The position numbers and the translations under genes were made by a program. A stretch of DNA of 64,000 nt, from assembly GCF_964204645.1 (NCBI RefSeq), contig NC_134025.1, positions 5,528,871 through 5,592,870 on the forward strand. The letters run 5' to 3'. The stretch's first letter is position 1. Each line of letters opens with the position of its first letter. Below, piece by piece: positions 37,301-45,373 of the stretch. The DNA is from Tubulanus polymorphus (taxonomy: Eukaryota; Animalia; Nemertea). The notes beneath the pieces were generated by a model. It made no database searches, was not told where the DNA came from, and saw only the letters and a list, made by a program, of their open reading frames with translations.

Positions 37301-37547
37301 CAGTTGGTATAAGCTCATCCGATTATAAAAAGCTTACCACCAACGATTAGGTAACTAACTAGGTGACCCGTAAGATTAGATTGTCTGGTATTTAGAAAAA
37401 GTATAGGCCTAATTTACTAACCTTTTTTGTTAGCATGTAAGATACAATGCCAGAATTGTCAGTGATTTTTTTGCGGATCTCTAATTTTTGCTTGAAATGA
37501 ACTTTTATTCCAAACTCCACAACAATCTGCCGCGAAGTCAGTGCCAT
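26400..37547 (-). CDS. PARP4: PARP4 (vault poly(ADP-ribose) polymerase, vPARP) orthologue, multi-exon; ATG at 37547-37545, stop at 26400-26402
   Basis: Domains in collinear order on the minus strand. Exon 1 MALTSRQIVVEFGIKVHFKQKLEIRKKITDNSGIVSYMLTKK resembles the human PARP4 N-terminus MVMGIFANCIFCLKVKYLPQQQKKKLQTDIKENGGKFSFSL. BRCT: KCRAALKLGIPIVTEQFIDACIKNGRIV. ART domain: QYKALRCDLELV, LMFHGSPTNNFLGILSRGLLLPK, GHGIYFADSI, KYTHPGNGSRHQLIAVCEVALGK, KSAPPGFNSTQGVGTHKGNTSDFE. VIT: QSYTNENNAPIEAKYVFPLDENAAVCGFEAFINGKHIIGEVKEKETARKEYKEAVEAGHGAYLMDQDEE and NIFTVSVGNLPPKATVLIKITYVTEL, near-identical to human PARP4 VIT. VWA: LLIDCSNSMAGK (MIDAS), ILLSDGHVDNMNSV, RLFTIGFSATANQHNLKVLASAGRGAYIF. Then HRLTARSVIKDWEVGML...LTSFVAIEKREK, DVDFLPYIGWQE, a proline-rich exon, and C-terminal ELGNNWDSAIRKLL (human ELGNDWDSATKQLL). 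Confidence 0.92.
26796..27080. mobile_element. piggyBac-like MITE (285 bp) flanked by TTAA target-site duplication, in a PARP4 intron
   Basis: TTAA at 26792-26795 and 27081-27084. Termini ttaaccctttcactgc... and ...cagtgtagacgcactgaaagggttaa (TTAA+CCC ends, 16-bp TIR CCCTTTCA(C/G)TGC). Internal inverted repeats ggtgcgtctacaccgcgtcacagtg / cactgcagtgcggtgta / caccgcactgcagtgtagacgcac. Read-through of this element falsely extends ORF 27044..27244. Confidence 0.75.
27138..27238 (-). CDS. PARP4: PARP4 exon (KHFWDFSEKVQEILAIPEKELRMLLINAGLKSLG)
   Basis: Acceptor ttgcag (AG 27240-27239), donor GG|GTAAGT (27137-27132). Aligns to human FWKLTPELGLILNLNTNGLHSFLKQKGIQSLG. Confidence 0.75.
27341..27420 (-). 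CDS. PARP4: PARP4 exon (xEWFIIKPSRRLTPDDLKNVFQLQDNQ)
   Basis: Acceptor tttcag (AG 27422-27421), donor CAG|GTAAAT (27340-27335). Only one frame is open, and it needs an upstream exon ending in phase 1. Confidence 0.6.
27538..28240. repeat. Tandem duplication (2 units of about 340-355 bp, about 80-85% identical) in a PARP4 intron, each unit ending in a copy of the 5' splice-site region of exon 28464-28687
   Basis: Unit 1 27538-27900 and unit 2 27901-28240 align along their length (...catgattcttcag(c/t)tt...aagtactggaagacaaca(t/g)aaatttactttccaac(t/a)gttattgttacctacatgcacatcctag...). Unit 1 ends tgcaagccaacaacagacttactgaataaatatca, identical to the exon/donor junction at 28440-28474. Confidence 0.75.
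28241..28449. repeat. Long inverted repeat / hairpin: 68-bp arms (28241-28308 and 28383-28449, about 93% complementary) flanking a (TA)n microsatellite
   Basis: Left arm gtgcaagccacagaggctcgtatttgaagtttgggggtgaactgttgcttagatcgtccaatatccaa. Right arm ttggatattggatgatcttagcaacagttcacccccaaacttcaaatacgagcccctgtggtgcaagcc. (TA)21 at 28334-28375 in the spacer. Confidence 0.85.
28334..28375. repeat. (TA)n microsatellite, about 21 units
   Basis: Read directly. Confidence 0.95.
28464..28687 (-). CDS. PARP4: PARP4 exon (DLTIPEPVISWRKAELPMKKVFPPRNFRDIIDGHCVEREISKSTNTSSQKILPPMIKVLPDRSLRSYIDSDDIYS)
   Basis: Acceptor ttacag (AG 28689-28688), entered in phase 1 from the Pro-rich exon (G+AT=D). Strongest donor TCA|GTAAGT at 28463. 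See findings for the phase problem with the next exon. Confidence 0.65.
28901..30703 (-). CDS. PARP4: PARP4 large proline-rich exon (about 1.8 kb, about 600 codons) containing a 2-copy 68-aa (204-bp) tandem repeat
   Basis: Acceptor tatcaag|AT (phase 1) joins the upstream exon ...AVSSTG. Donor AAT G|GTAACA at 28900-28899. The apparent stop at 28881 is intronic. PPPPPPPLPCTLPPPPPPPTLPPPPPPPP runs. Repeat units at plus 29237-29440 and 29441-29660: TYAATAATKKKISIDGQSAR...ACTDSVSFGSSLLEKATTLGS and TTYAATAATKKKISLDGQSAR...ACTDSVSFGSSRLDKATTFGS. Confidence 0.75.
32078..32905 (-). CDS. PARP4: PARP4 von Willebrand factor A domain exons (approximate; MIDAS DxSxS in the 32690-32905 block)
   Basis: ORFs 32690..32905 and 32078..32419 minus, with the VWA peptides given in the gene-level entry. 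Confidence 0.85.
33422..33948 (-). CDS. PARP4: PARP4 VIT (vault protein inter-alpha-trypsin) domain exons (approximate)
   Basis: ORFs 33661..33948 and 33422..33682 minus; peptides as in the gene-level entry. Confidence 0.85.
34411..35489 (-). CDS. PARP4: PARP4 ADP-ribosyltransferase (catalytic) domain exons: approximately 35214-35489, 35042-35205, 34772-34852, 34497-34709 (donor GAG|GTACCA after SDFE), 34290?-34428 (acceptor atttag at 34429)
   Basis: Hand translations: LMFHGSPTNNFLGILSR (His of HGS motif present); GLLLPKAYIPTEMYNGQLGHGIYFADSI; KYTHPGNGSRHQLIAVCEVALGKIKDYYNNAPDLKSAPPGFNSTQGVGTHKGNTSDFE; then DDQYVIYDAKQQRLRYIIEIF (human DDEFVVYKTNQVKMKYIIKF). Confidence 0.8.
36860..37128 (-). 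CDS. PARP4: PARP4 BRCT-domain exon (acceptor tttgtcag, exon starts 37128; 3' bound approximate)
   Basis: SDYLLAVGIDDLDTTYKCRAALKLGIPIVTEQFIDACIKNGRIVDSNQYLVAQPKKCEESHEFKKGLITCIDGECQNENPYYK. In-frame junction with exon 1 (…LTKK|SDYLL…) parallels human FSFSL|NPQCTHIIL. Confidence 0.75.
37422..37547 (-). CDS. PARP4: PARP4 exon 1 (initiator ATG; donor GTTAGT)
   Basis: Reverse complement of 37547-37422 translates MALTSRQIVVEFGIKVHFKQKLEIRKKITDNSGIVSYMLTKK. Phase-0 donor AAG|GTTAGT at 37421. Confidence 0.75.
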
Positions 37548-38665
37548 CTTTCTGCCAGACTCTGTCCGTTTCCTCTACCAGTACTGAAGAATTCTAGCCT
37601 AGAATTCACAAAAAAGTTAAACAATAATTTCTGGTCTAATTACTTTTGGTTACTTTTCATGTTTTCAATGAGAACAATTCAAACTTAAAAATGTTTTACC
37701 TGTTTTACATAAAATTAAAAAAAACTTTTATTGAAACTGAACAACAGAACCCAGTGGCCGTATTGTAATTAGAGTAAAGCAGAATTTACCTCACTTTTCC
37801 TTTCGCGAATAAATCAACAAATGACTTCATGAGCCATAAATAGAACGCGATGATCTAAGACGGCAAAATATAAAAACAGAAAACGAAACTAAACAGCCCC
37901 GAAGTAAACAACGTAATCCCTAATGCGCGGCGCTCGGCTCCGGCCTTCGTTCGGAGCTATCCACTATTGGATTCGCGTGCCGCAGTATCCTATGCTATAA
38001 AGGCCTTTACCGCAGATTAGGGATCTCTCATTGACTTCCGGGTTAGTTTTTTTTCACTAAATAAATGCACGTGGTGTATGGTCTAGATTTTTATGATATT
38101 GTGTTAATTGACATAAAACGTAAGGGCTAACGATAGATTCTTCGTTTATGCTGCATTTATACCATCATCGACCCCGTGTGTAAACCAACCCAAGGCGGAA
38201 AGAAACCCTGGCTGCCCTGCCCTTTTGCCAATGCCATGTTTGCCCTGCCTGAAATGGCAATATTTACCTTCGGCTTCAGTTGTCACTTCTGGCAGGTAGC
38301 CTATGCCTGATTTGCCAATACACAATCATTGAATGGATTGTCATATATGCCAGATTTTTTTGTGATTGATGCAATCTGCTGAATGACAGAATCCAGGCTA
38401 AAATCTTTCTAGTGAAGATATCTTAAAATTAACCAATGGCAATGTACTGAATTGCTGAATTTTGAATCTGAAACATTGATATTTAATGTAATTGATTGAA
38501 CCGTTTACGCGGAGAGGTGCGGATCTGCACTTTTACCACGATTTGTACAATTCAATTGCAAATTTCAGTTTTTTAGATGAATGAAAAATCCCTTTTTTTA
38601 GGTGACCTGCAGACAATCTGATAATCTATTTCATAAGACCATACTTTCTTAAATGCATCAACAAC
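37548..38665. promoter_or_regulatory. Putative bidirectional promoter region between divergent PARP4 (minus) and PWP1 (plus) start codons
   Basis: 1.1 kb between ATG 37547 (minus) and ATG 38666 (plus). CpG-rich block 37915-37990 (taatgcgcggcgctcggctccggccttcgttcggagc...ttcgcgtgccgc) with inverted CCAAT (attgg, about 37962) and tataaagg at about 37997-38004. Confidence 0.45.
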
Positions 38666-38734
38666 ATGTCTGAAAATATAATCCCCTGTCTCACCTGGGT
38701 GAAATCAGGTGTTGCCAAATCAAACCCTGAAAAG
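38666..38734 (+). CDS. PWP1: PWP1 exon 1
   Basis: ATG 38666; donor AAG|GTAAGT at 38735. Confidence 0.85.
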
Positions 38735-41700
38735 GTAAGTTGGTTATATCTTGAGGTTTCAAAAAACTAAAAATGTTTTTACATTGAAATAGAATGTCGT
38801 ACATCATCAAAATATGAGATAATATTTACTCAGAAAAATTTATGTCTTAGGTGCATTTGACTGCTGAAGAACTCAAGCGCATCATAGAAGAAACAAAAGC
38901 AAATCTTGAGTAAGCTTCATTTCTTTGTGTAACTTCATATGAAGTTCCTTTTAAATAGATAAAGGGTAACGAAAATTGGTACAAAATGAATAATAATCAT
39001 TTCAGAGGAATAGAAATTGCCGATGATGATGTATCATCGATGTCTGAGGATGAACTGGATGAACATAAAACGAACATTGGTCGAAAGAGAAAAAAAAAGA
39101 CAGCTAGTAGGCCTAATGGTGATGATGCTGAAGTCGAAAATAACACTGAAGCAGATAATGAGGAAAAAGATGAGCTTGAAGCTGATGATGATGACGACAC
39201 GAACAATGTCATAGAAGCTTATGGTTTTGATGATTACGACGATGAAATTGATGATAATGGTAAGATAAGATTTGTCATTTGGCATGTTGATGTGGGGTAA
39301 GATTGGTTTGTAGGCTTGAATGAAAGATGTTCTCTACTGAGCATTCAGAATAGCAATTACACCTGTCTTTAAGGCTGTACCGGTATGCATGTTTATTCAT
39401 TATCATCATTATTGAAAGTGAAAGTTTGGGTCTTTTTATAGAGGCAATGGATAATTTTGCTGGTTCGGCTTACTATGAAGATAACGCAGATGATCCTTAC
39501 ATAACTTTGAAAGATGAAGTAAGTATAGGATTCATTGTTTTACAAAATTTCTTCATAGGTCTTTTATTCTGTGGCTTTGACTGAATATATTATTTTCATT
39601 TATTTTAGGACAGCGACGAGGAAGATTTTGTCATAAAACCAACAGATAACATGATTCTTGTTCCTCGAGTAAAAACGGAACAATGTTTAATGGAAGTTTA
39701 TGGTACGACTCTCAAGCACGCCTGAACCGACGAAGTCCAACTTCCTGCTATTCCAATATTCCATATTCTATTATGTTTATTTCTTGTAGTATACAATGAC
39801 TCTGATGGTGCTTTATATGTTCACCATGATTTTATGCTTACGTCTTTCCCACTCGCTATTGAATGGATGAATTATAACCCGGATGGCAGTCCTGGTGGTA
39901 AGTCATTTATTTCATACACTTTAAAGCATAGTTCCATACACCATTATACTGAACAGAGATAAGTCGATTTCAAATTAAGAGATACTGGTTACTCAGTAAT
40001 TTGCTCTTTTTGTGTTTGTGAGTTCAGGCAATTTTGTGGCAGTTGGGACAATGGAACCTGTGATAGACATTTGGGATATTGATCTTGTTGATAGTGTAGA
40101 ACCTACATGTGTATTAGGTGAAAAAAAACAACTTAAGAAGAAAAAGAAGGTAGTTATTTCTTTCAATTCTGGTAGACTTGTATATGTGTGCATTATAATT
40201 GATAAACCAATTATTTCTTAAGCATCATGTTCTCTTTTTAGAAAACTGGTGTTGTTGGTGGTCACACAGATGCTGTTCTAGCGTTGTCATGGAATTCACA
40301 TGCAAGGTTTGTATAAATCCTGGTCAGATCTGTATGTATGCTACAATACAAGTTAGCAATACTTCATGAGGTATTTGTCAATATGTGTTATAGGAATGTG
40401 CTAGCTAGTGGTTCAGCTGATGAAACAATTGCTTTGTGGGATCTAAGTCAAAGAAATGTTGTGAAAACGATCCACAAACACACAGATAAGGTTATATTCA
40501 TTCTAATACATGATTTCCGTACATTAACATACCGTACCGAAGTTGCAAAGTGAAATCTAAACTCTATTCTCAGGTGCAAGCTTTAAAATGGCATCCATTG
40601 GAGGCACAGACTTTGCTGAGTGGTGGTTTTGATAAGTAAGGAATATGTATCAAGTGTAGTTTAATTGTAAATTTTGTTTTAATGCTTGTCTCGACACGGA
40701 TTTGTTAAAGTTTTTAAATAACTGTTGTATTTCCATGTTGCATTGTAGAATAGTGAATTTATATGATTGCCGGAGTCCGGATGATAGCAACAAGTCATGG
40801 ACGCTTCAAGGAGAAGTGGAGAACATAACCTGGAATCCTTTTTCGCCGTACAACTTTTTGGTGAGACGTAATTATTGAATGACTCACTGGGGTAATCATT
40901 GTAAGAATCAAAGTACTAAACCTTTTGTTTATTTCAGGCATCAACCGATGGTGGTTTTGTTTATCTGTTAGATGTAAGGACAGATAAGACACTATTCACT
41001 TTAAGCGCTCACACAAGTCCTTGTACAGGTAATTCTTATCAGATTGTCATCGAAATTGCTAATTTAAGACGGACAAAAAAGTTTATTTGGAGGATTGAAA
41101 CATCGAATTCAATAGATTTTGTTCATAACTGCTTTCATTTGAAGATGCAATTTAATTACTTTTGTAATCGTTTTGAAGGAATTAGTCTTAGTAGTCGAGT
41201 GCCTGGATTACTAGTGACGTCTTCTACTGATGGTACCATGAAAATATGGGATATTTTGGACGACAAACCAAAAATGATTCGAGAAAAGCCCTTAGGACAG
41301 GTACAACACAGTCAGAAATCAATTACCTTCTGGTAGATTCTATGCTTTGTCCTGGTGTCCTAATGATGAATCTTATTATTTTCTCAGGGTCAACTGATGT
41401 GCTGTGCTTGTTGCCCAGATGCTCCATATGTATTCGCTCTCGGAGGCAGTAAAGACTTGGCAGTTTTAGATATTCGAGAATCTGCAGATGGTAATATTAC
41501 ACAATCCAATGCTATTTCTCATCAACCCATATTTTCATATTAATTGTGTTATTTACATCTAAATCTGTTGTTTTACAGTGAAGAAACATTTTCAAAATCG
41601 AACTGAATTGACACCAGATAGTCAGACTCAAACGACAAGTAGCGTTTCTGAATTTTCAACACTCGATCTTAATTCAAAATCTTCTACGGGAACTAAATCT

Positions 41701-41787
41701 GATACAGCATCGTCAACGTCATCATCAGTCTCAGCTGCCTCTTATAAAAGACCCAATAAGAAAAAGAAGAAGAAACCTGGAAAATGA
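38666..41787 (+). CDS. PWP1: PWP1 (periodic tryptophan protein 1 homologue, WD40-repeat ribosome-biogenesis factor) gene, 15 coding exons, 1644 nt CDS = 547 aa
   Basis: Spliced translation matches human PWP1 throughout. [23 protein letters not shown] (human VTCVAWVRCGVAKETPDK); acidic region; PYITLKD; [93 protein letters not shown]; [12 protein letters not shown]; [17 protein letters not shown]; [21 protein letters not shown]; [11 protein letters not shown]; [28 protein letters not shown]; [11 protein letters not shown]; [16 protein letters not shown]; KKKKKKPGK*. All introns GT-AG, phases consistent, CDS length divisible by 3. Confidence 0.93.
38851..38909 (+). CDS. PWP1: PWP1 exon 2
   Basis: Acceptor ttag at 38850; [20 protein letters not shown]; donor GA|GTAAGC. 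Confidence 0.8.
39006..39259 (+). CDS. PWP1: PWP1 exon 3 (acidic region)
   Basis: Acceptor ttcag at 39005; donor G|GTAAGA at 39260. Confidence 0.85.
39442..39518 (+). CDS. PWP1: PWP1 exon 4
   Basis: Acceptor tatag at 39441; [25 protein letters not shown]; donor GAA|GTAAGT. Confidence 0.85.
39609..39702 (+). CDS. PWP1: PWP1 exon 5
   Basis: Acceptor ttttag; [31 protein letters not shown]; donor G|GTACGA. Confidence 0.85.
39790..39897 (+). CDS. PWP1: PWP1 exon 6
   Basis: Acceptor ttgtag; [35 protein letters not shown]; donor G|GTAAGT. Confidence 0.85.
40028..40149 (+). CDS. PWP1: PWP1 exon 7
   Basis: Acceptor gttcag; [41 protein letters not shown]; donor AAG|GTAGTT. Confidence 0.85.
40242..40306 (+). 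CDS. PWP1: PWP1 exon 8
   Basis: Acceptor ttttag; [22 protein letters not shown]; donor AG|GTTTGT. Confidence 0.8.
40394..40490 (+). CDS. PWP1: PWP1 exon 9
   Basis: Acceptor tatag; [32 protein letters not shown]; donor AAG|GTTATA. Confidence 0.8.
40574..40635 (+). CDS. PWP1: PWP1 exon 10
   Basis: Acceptor tctcag; [21 protein letters not shown]; donor AA|GTAAGG. Confidence 0.85.
40749..40860 (+). CDS. PWP1: PWP1 exon 11
   Basis: Acceptor ttgtag; [37 protein letters not shown]; donor TTG|GTGAGA. Confidence 0.85.
40938..41028 (+). CDS. PWP1: PWP1 exon 12
   Basis: Acceptor atttcag; [30 protein letters not shown]; donor G|GTAATT. Confidence 0.85.
41179..41300 (+). CDS. PWP1: PWP1 exon 13
   Basis: Acceptor ttgaag; [40 protein letters not shown]; donor CAG|GTACAA. 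Confidence 0.85.
41388..41490 (+). CDS. PWP1: PWP1 exon 14
   Basis: Acceptor ttctcag; [34 protein letters not shown]; donor G|GTAATA. Confidence 0.85.
41579..41787 (+). CDS. PWP1: PWP1 exon 15 (terminal; TGA stop 41785-41787)
   Basis: Acceptor ttttacag; [26 protein letters not shown]...[15 protein letters not shown]. Confidence 0.85.
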
Positions 41788-41865
41788 TATAAACATATTT
41801 GAGCTACTTGTAAAATTGATTTTATAGAATATTTGTTGACTGCTTTTTGCATTTAATGTCTGCGA

Positions 41866-41871
41866 AATAAA
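41866..41871 (+). terminator. Candidate PWP1 polyadenylation signal AATAAA
   Basis: gcgaAATAAAgttg lies 79 nt after the stop codon. Confidence 0.5.
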
Positions 41872-43651
41872 GTTGTTTAAAATATATTGAATGATTTATC
41901 TTTCATCCTTTCTTGCCAGGCCCGGGTCCGGTAATCGCTCCCGAACTCGCTTCAACAGCTTTAGCGTAGTGGATTCGAATCCCTTGACGGGTGAAGATGT
42001 TATACTTAATGATGACGAACAAAACTTACCAATATGATATTTACGGTTTCTCAATCATCCCTCCTCCAGCATGTGCTGTCACCTGCATTTGGCGGTTGTT
42101 TACGGAACTTAGTCAAATTGAAGTTTAGATAGCTCCCATTTAGATAGTGGAAGAGTGTATGCTGTATCATTCTTTTTTATGGTTGATCGCATTTCTTTTT
42201 AGAAACTTAGTGGCATTGGCGTGAAAATACGTTATACATGCAGTGAATTGAATTTTCTTTAATGATTCGATCAATTAAAACTTGGAAAAGCCAGCCCGTT
42301 TGGATTCGATCGTGACATCGCTATCAATTTCCTTTCTAGCTGCTCTACTAAGAATCGCCCTACGATGCAAATTTTCGTGAACGTTCGCAAACATTTAATT
42401 CGACCCTTAGCCAAATCTAAATCTCGTAGTAATGTATAATATACATATGACGAAGCAATATTAATGAAATATTTTGAGAAAAAGCGCGTGTTCGGTCTAT
42501 TTATGATTGCTACTTCTTCATTGGGCGATGCGGTTTCGAAAAAGGCGTGGGTTTGAAATTGGCCTGAGTTCGTGCATTGCTGGTGGTTTTTCCTGGAACG
42601 GTGCTGATGACGACGCAGTCGGTATAAAGCTCTACAGTACTGCAGAGCACGAACGTATGCGCGGCCAATCAAAAAAGTCTGCTGTGTGACGTCATGTTGC
42701 AGTCAGTTTCCAAACAAGCATGGCGCGATGAGGAAGATGGACATGCCGGAACTATCAAAACATCTGATTATTTTAATAGTTTTTATCAAACAATTGGAGT
42801 TTTGCTATGGTGACAATGTTGCAAGACGATGTCAAGGAAGATGCGGAGGAATTTTGGTGAGTGATCATCATTTGTGTGGATAGTTATTATATCATTGTTT
42901 ATACGTGTTATCCGTCCTGTCAACGCGTTTAGGAGCGCACTACGTTTTGACAGTTCGTGTTTTGCATTGGTTACGATTCTGCGGATTATCCAAACTTTAT
43001 GCGCGGTTTCCCAGCGTTTTATTGCAGGCTATCTCATGGATTTATTTATATTCGTTTTTCCTATCGTTTTAAATATAGATTCCTCACACTATGCATTAGA
43101 TAAAGTAAGAAGAAAGAAATGCATTGTTTCCAACGTTGAGTGCTGAAAAAACCAACCGTTCCGTTGCCTGAACGGCTTAGTTCTGGCTTGAATCAATCGA
43201 CCTAACTAATTAACATTGCAACGTAATTATTATCAATTATTCACTTGATTCATTTGAAATTGTTCTTTTTATAGAAACCAGCAATGAAACTTTTCTGAGA
43301 ATACTTATCTTGAGATGATTACTTCGATAACTGTCAGAATTAATGGAATATATATATTAATGATTAATCGTTAATTGCAATAGTATATATATTACACGCA
43401 TGAATATCAGGATCCGTTTTCTACAGAAAGGTTATCAAGCTATAAATGATTCGTTATAACTGTTTTAAGTTTCAAAAATGAGGCTTTGGCCTTTTTGTGA
43501 AACCGGGCCAAAGAAATGATTTTTTCAAAACATGTTTGTACTTTCGGCAGGTTAAGCTACGAGAACAATGTATTTCAACATGTTATATAAATATTACATT
43601 CATCATCGGCACGGTGCAAATTCTATTCCAGGGCCGTATCTAGCATTTCAA

Positions 43652-43674
43652 TTTTTTTTTTTGGGGGGGGGGGG
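43652..43674. repeat. Adjacent homopolymers T11 then G12
   Basis: atttttttttttgggggggggggg read directly. Confidence 0.9.
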
Positions 43675-45354
43675 AGGGCAGAGAAACCCGACAAAAGGCA
43701 GTTCTATAGCATATAACAATGATATTTGTAAAGATTGGACGTTTCCAAAATGCTCTGCCCTGCCCCCTGCCGACTGAACGGATCCTTTTCAATATTACAG
43801 GTCCATTGGTAAGCCTAGCAAAAATCTTACTATCAAATTATGATGACAAACCTCCTCAGCCAAAAATAAATTCGATATGTGATCGAAGACCTAGTTCATT
43901 TAGACCTGTAATTAAGGCATAGACTAAATAAATTGTTGAGGATTTTTTTTCTTATTTCAGTGAAATATATACTATTTGTGTACAACGAACAGATGTTGAA
44001 AGCTTTCTAAACAAACGAATCCTTTACCGTGAAATGCGTAGTTTTTTAACATCTTTTATTTCAGTGAAAAAAATGAGTTTTCCATTGTAGCGAAAATCAT
44101 CATTCCTACCGAATCAGCTATTAGCGAAATCTGGTGACCTTTGATTTTACGTAGGGCATGTATGTGATTTATCTGCACTTGTTTTCTTTTTAATCCCAAT
44201 GCTTTGTCTGCCCTTTTGACTTTAAACGTCATTAAAGTTTCCTGCCAAGTCTAGCAAAAATAAGAATTGGCATTGCATTTTGAAAAATTCCTTTTATTTC
44301 TGAATGTAGCGTCAATTTAAGTCCGGTCAAAATTAAGGTTATTGCCAGAATAAATCATTAAAAATTGTATTGTTTTATTGGTGTAGACAGAGATTACGTT
44401 TATTTGTAAAATGTAACGTAACAAAATTCCGTTTTCAGATTTTTAGTGAGTATCACTTTTTTTGTCTCGTGGATGCTTTTAAGGACGGCATAGGAAGTTC
44501 ACCTCTGTTCTCGAACCTGCATGGATAGAACTTGTTCGTAAATCGCCCGATCCGATATATACCTGATGAAAATAGTGGAATGGTGTATTGTAATACATGA
44601 CTTCGTGAGCAGAAACACGAAGATAACGCGATAAACCTAGCGTCAGTTCCTTCATCGGGCTGATATTAAGCATATATACTACCTCGGCGCTATGAGAAAT
44701 ACAAGTTTACTCAGATTCCAATAAATTTCTATATACCATATGGCGAAAACACTAGGCTATGGCTGTTAGAAAGTGCTTGATATATCGGAGAATGAGGTTT
44801 TTTCTTTTCACTTTACCGTACAGAAATTCTATATTATGTAAAAAATACCCGGTCTTTGGTGTATTATTCTTTTTCTATTGTTTTCGCGCGATTCAATATT
44901 CACTGCTATTATTATATTCTATTTCACAAGATCAGATTTTGAAAATGCAGCCCCAACAATCGTGTTAGTTTCTTTTTTTTACCACAGTGTTGATTACCAA
45001 ATCTTATGTGCGTATTGATAAAATCTAACCGAATTTTTCATTTTTGACGAAAATATTCTTTTCTCTTGTTAGCGTTGGATATTGGCATAAATGTATATTT
45101 CTATCCCATCAAATACGTCCAGTATTATTGGTTATGTTTCTACGCACAAGCGTTATTCAAAATTACTGTAAAAATACCATTTAAATCTTTTGATCTATAT
45201 ATATCATATATATGAATATGATTTTCTTCTTTCGTCGTTTTTACCAGTTCGCTTTAAATGTTAGAAATTATCTTAAAAAAGGACTTAACTTGGAATTTTT
45301 TGTCTTGGATAATTAGAGAAACCCTTCAAAGGAGAAATGAAGAGAAATCCCTCA

Positions 45355-45373
45355 ATATATATATATATATATA
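45355..45373. repeat. (AT)n microsatellite
   Basis: Read directly. Confidence 0.9.

Noticed and set aside
38997-39285. Overlapping ORFs on both strands in the PWP1 acidic exon (minus 38997-39212 and 39034-39285; plus 39017-39214)
   Set aside because: Low-complexity GAT/GAA-rich sequence gives open frames on both strands. Only the plus-strand frame 38986..39259 continues the PWP1 reading frame across splice junctions.
41917-42000. tRNA-like motif gtggattcgaatccc (T-loop-like GTTCGAATC)
   Set aside because: No complementary T-stem, D-arm or acceptor stem can be formed from flanking sequence; not a tRNA. Could be a decayed tRNA-derived SINE fragment, but that is unsupported.
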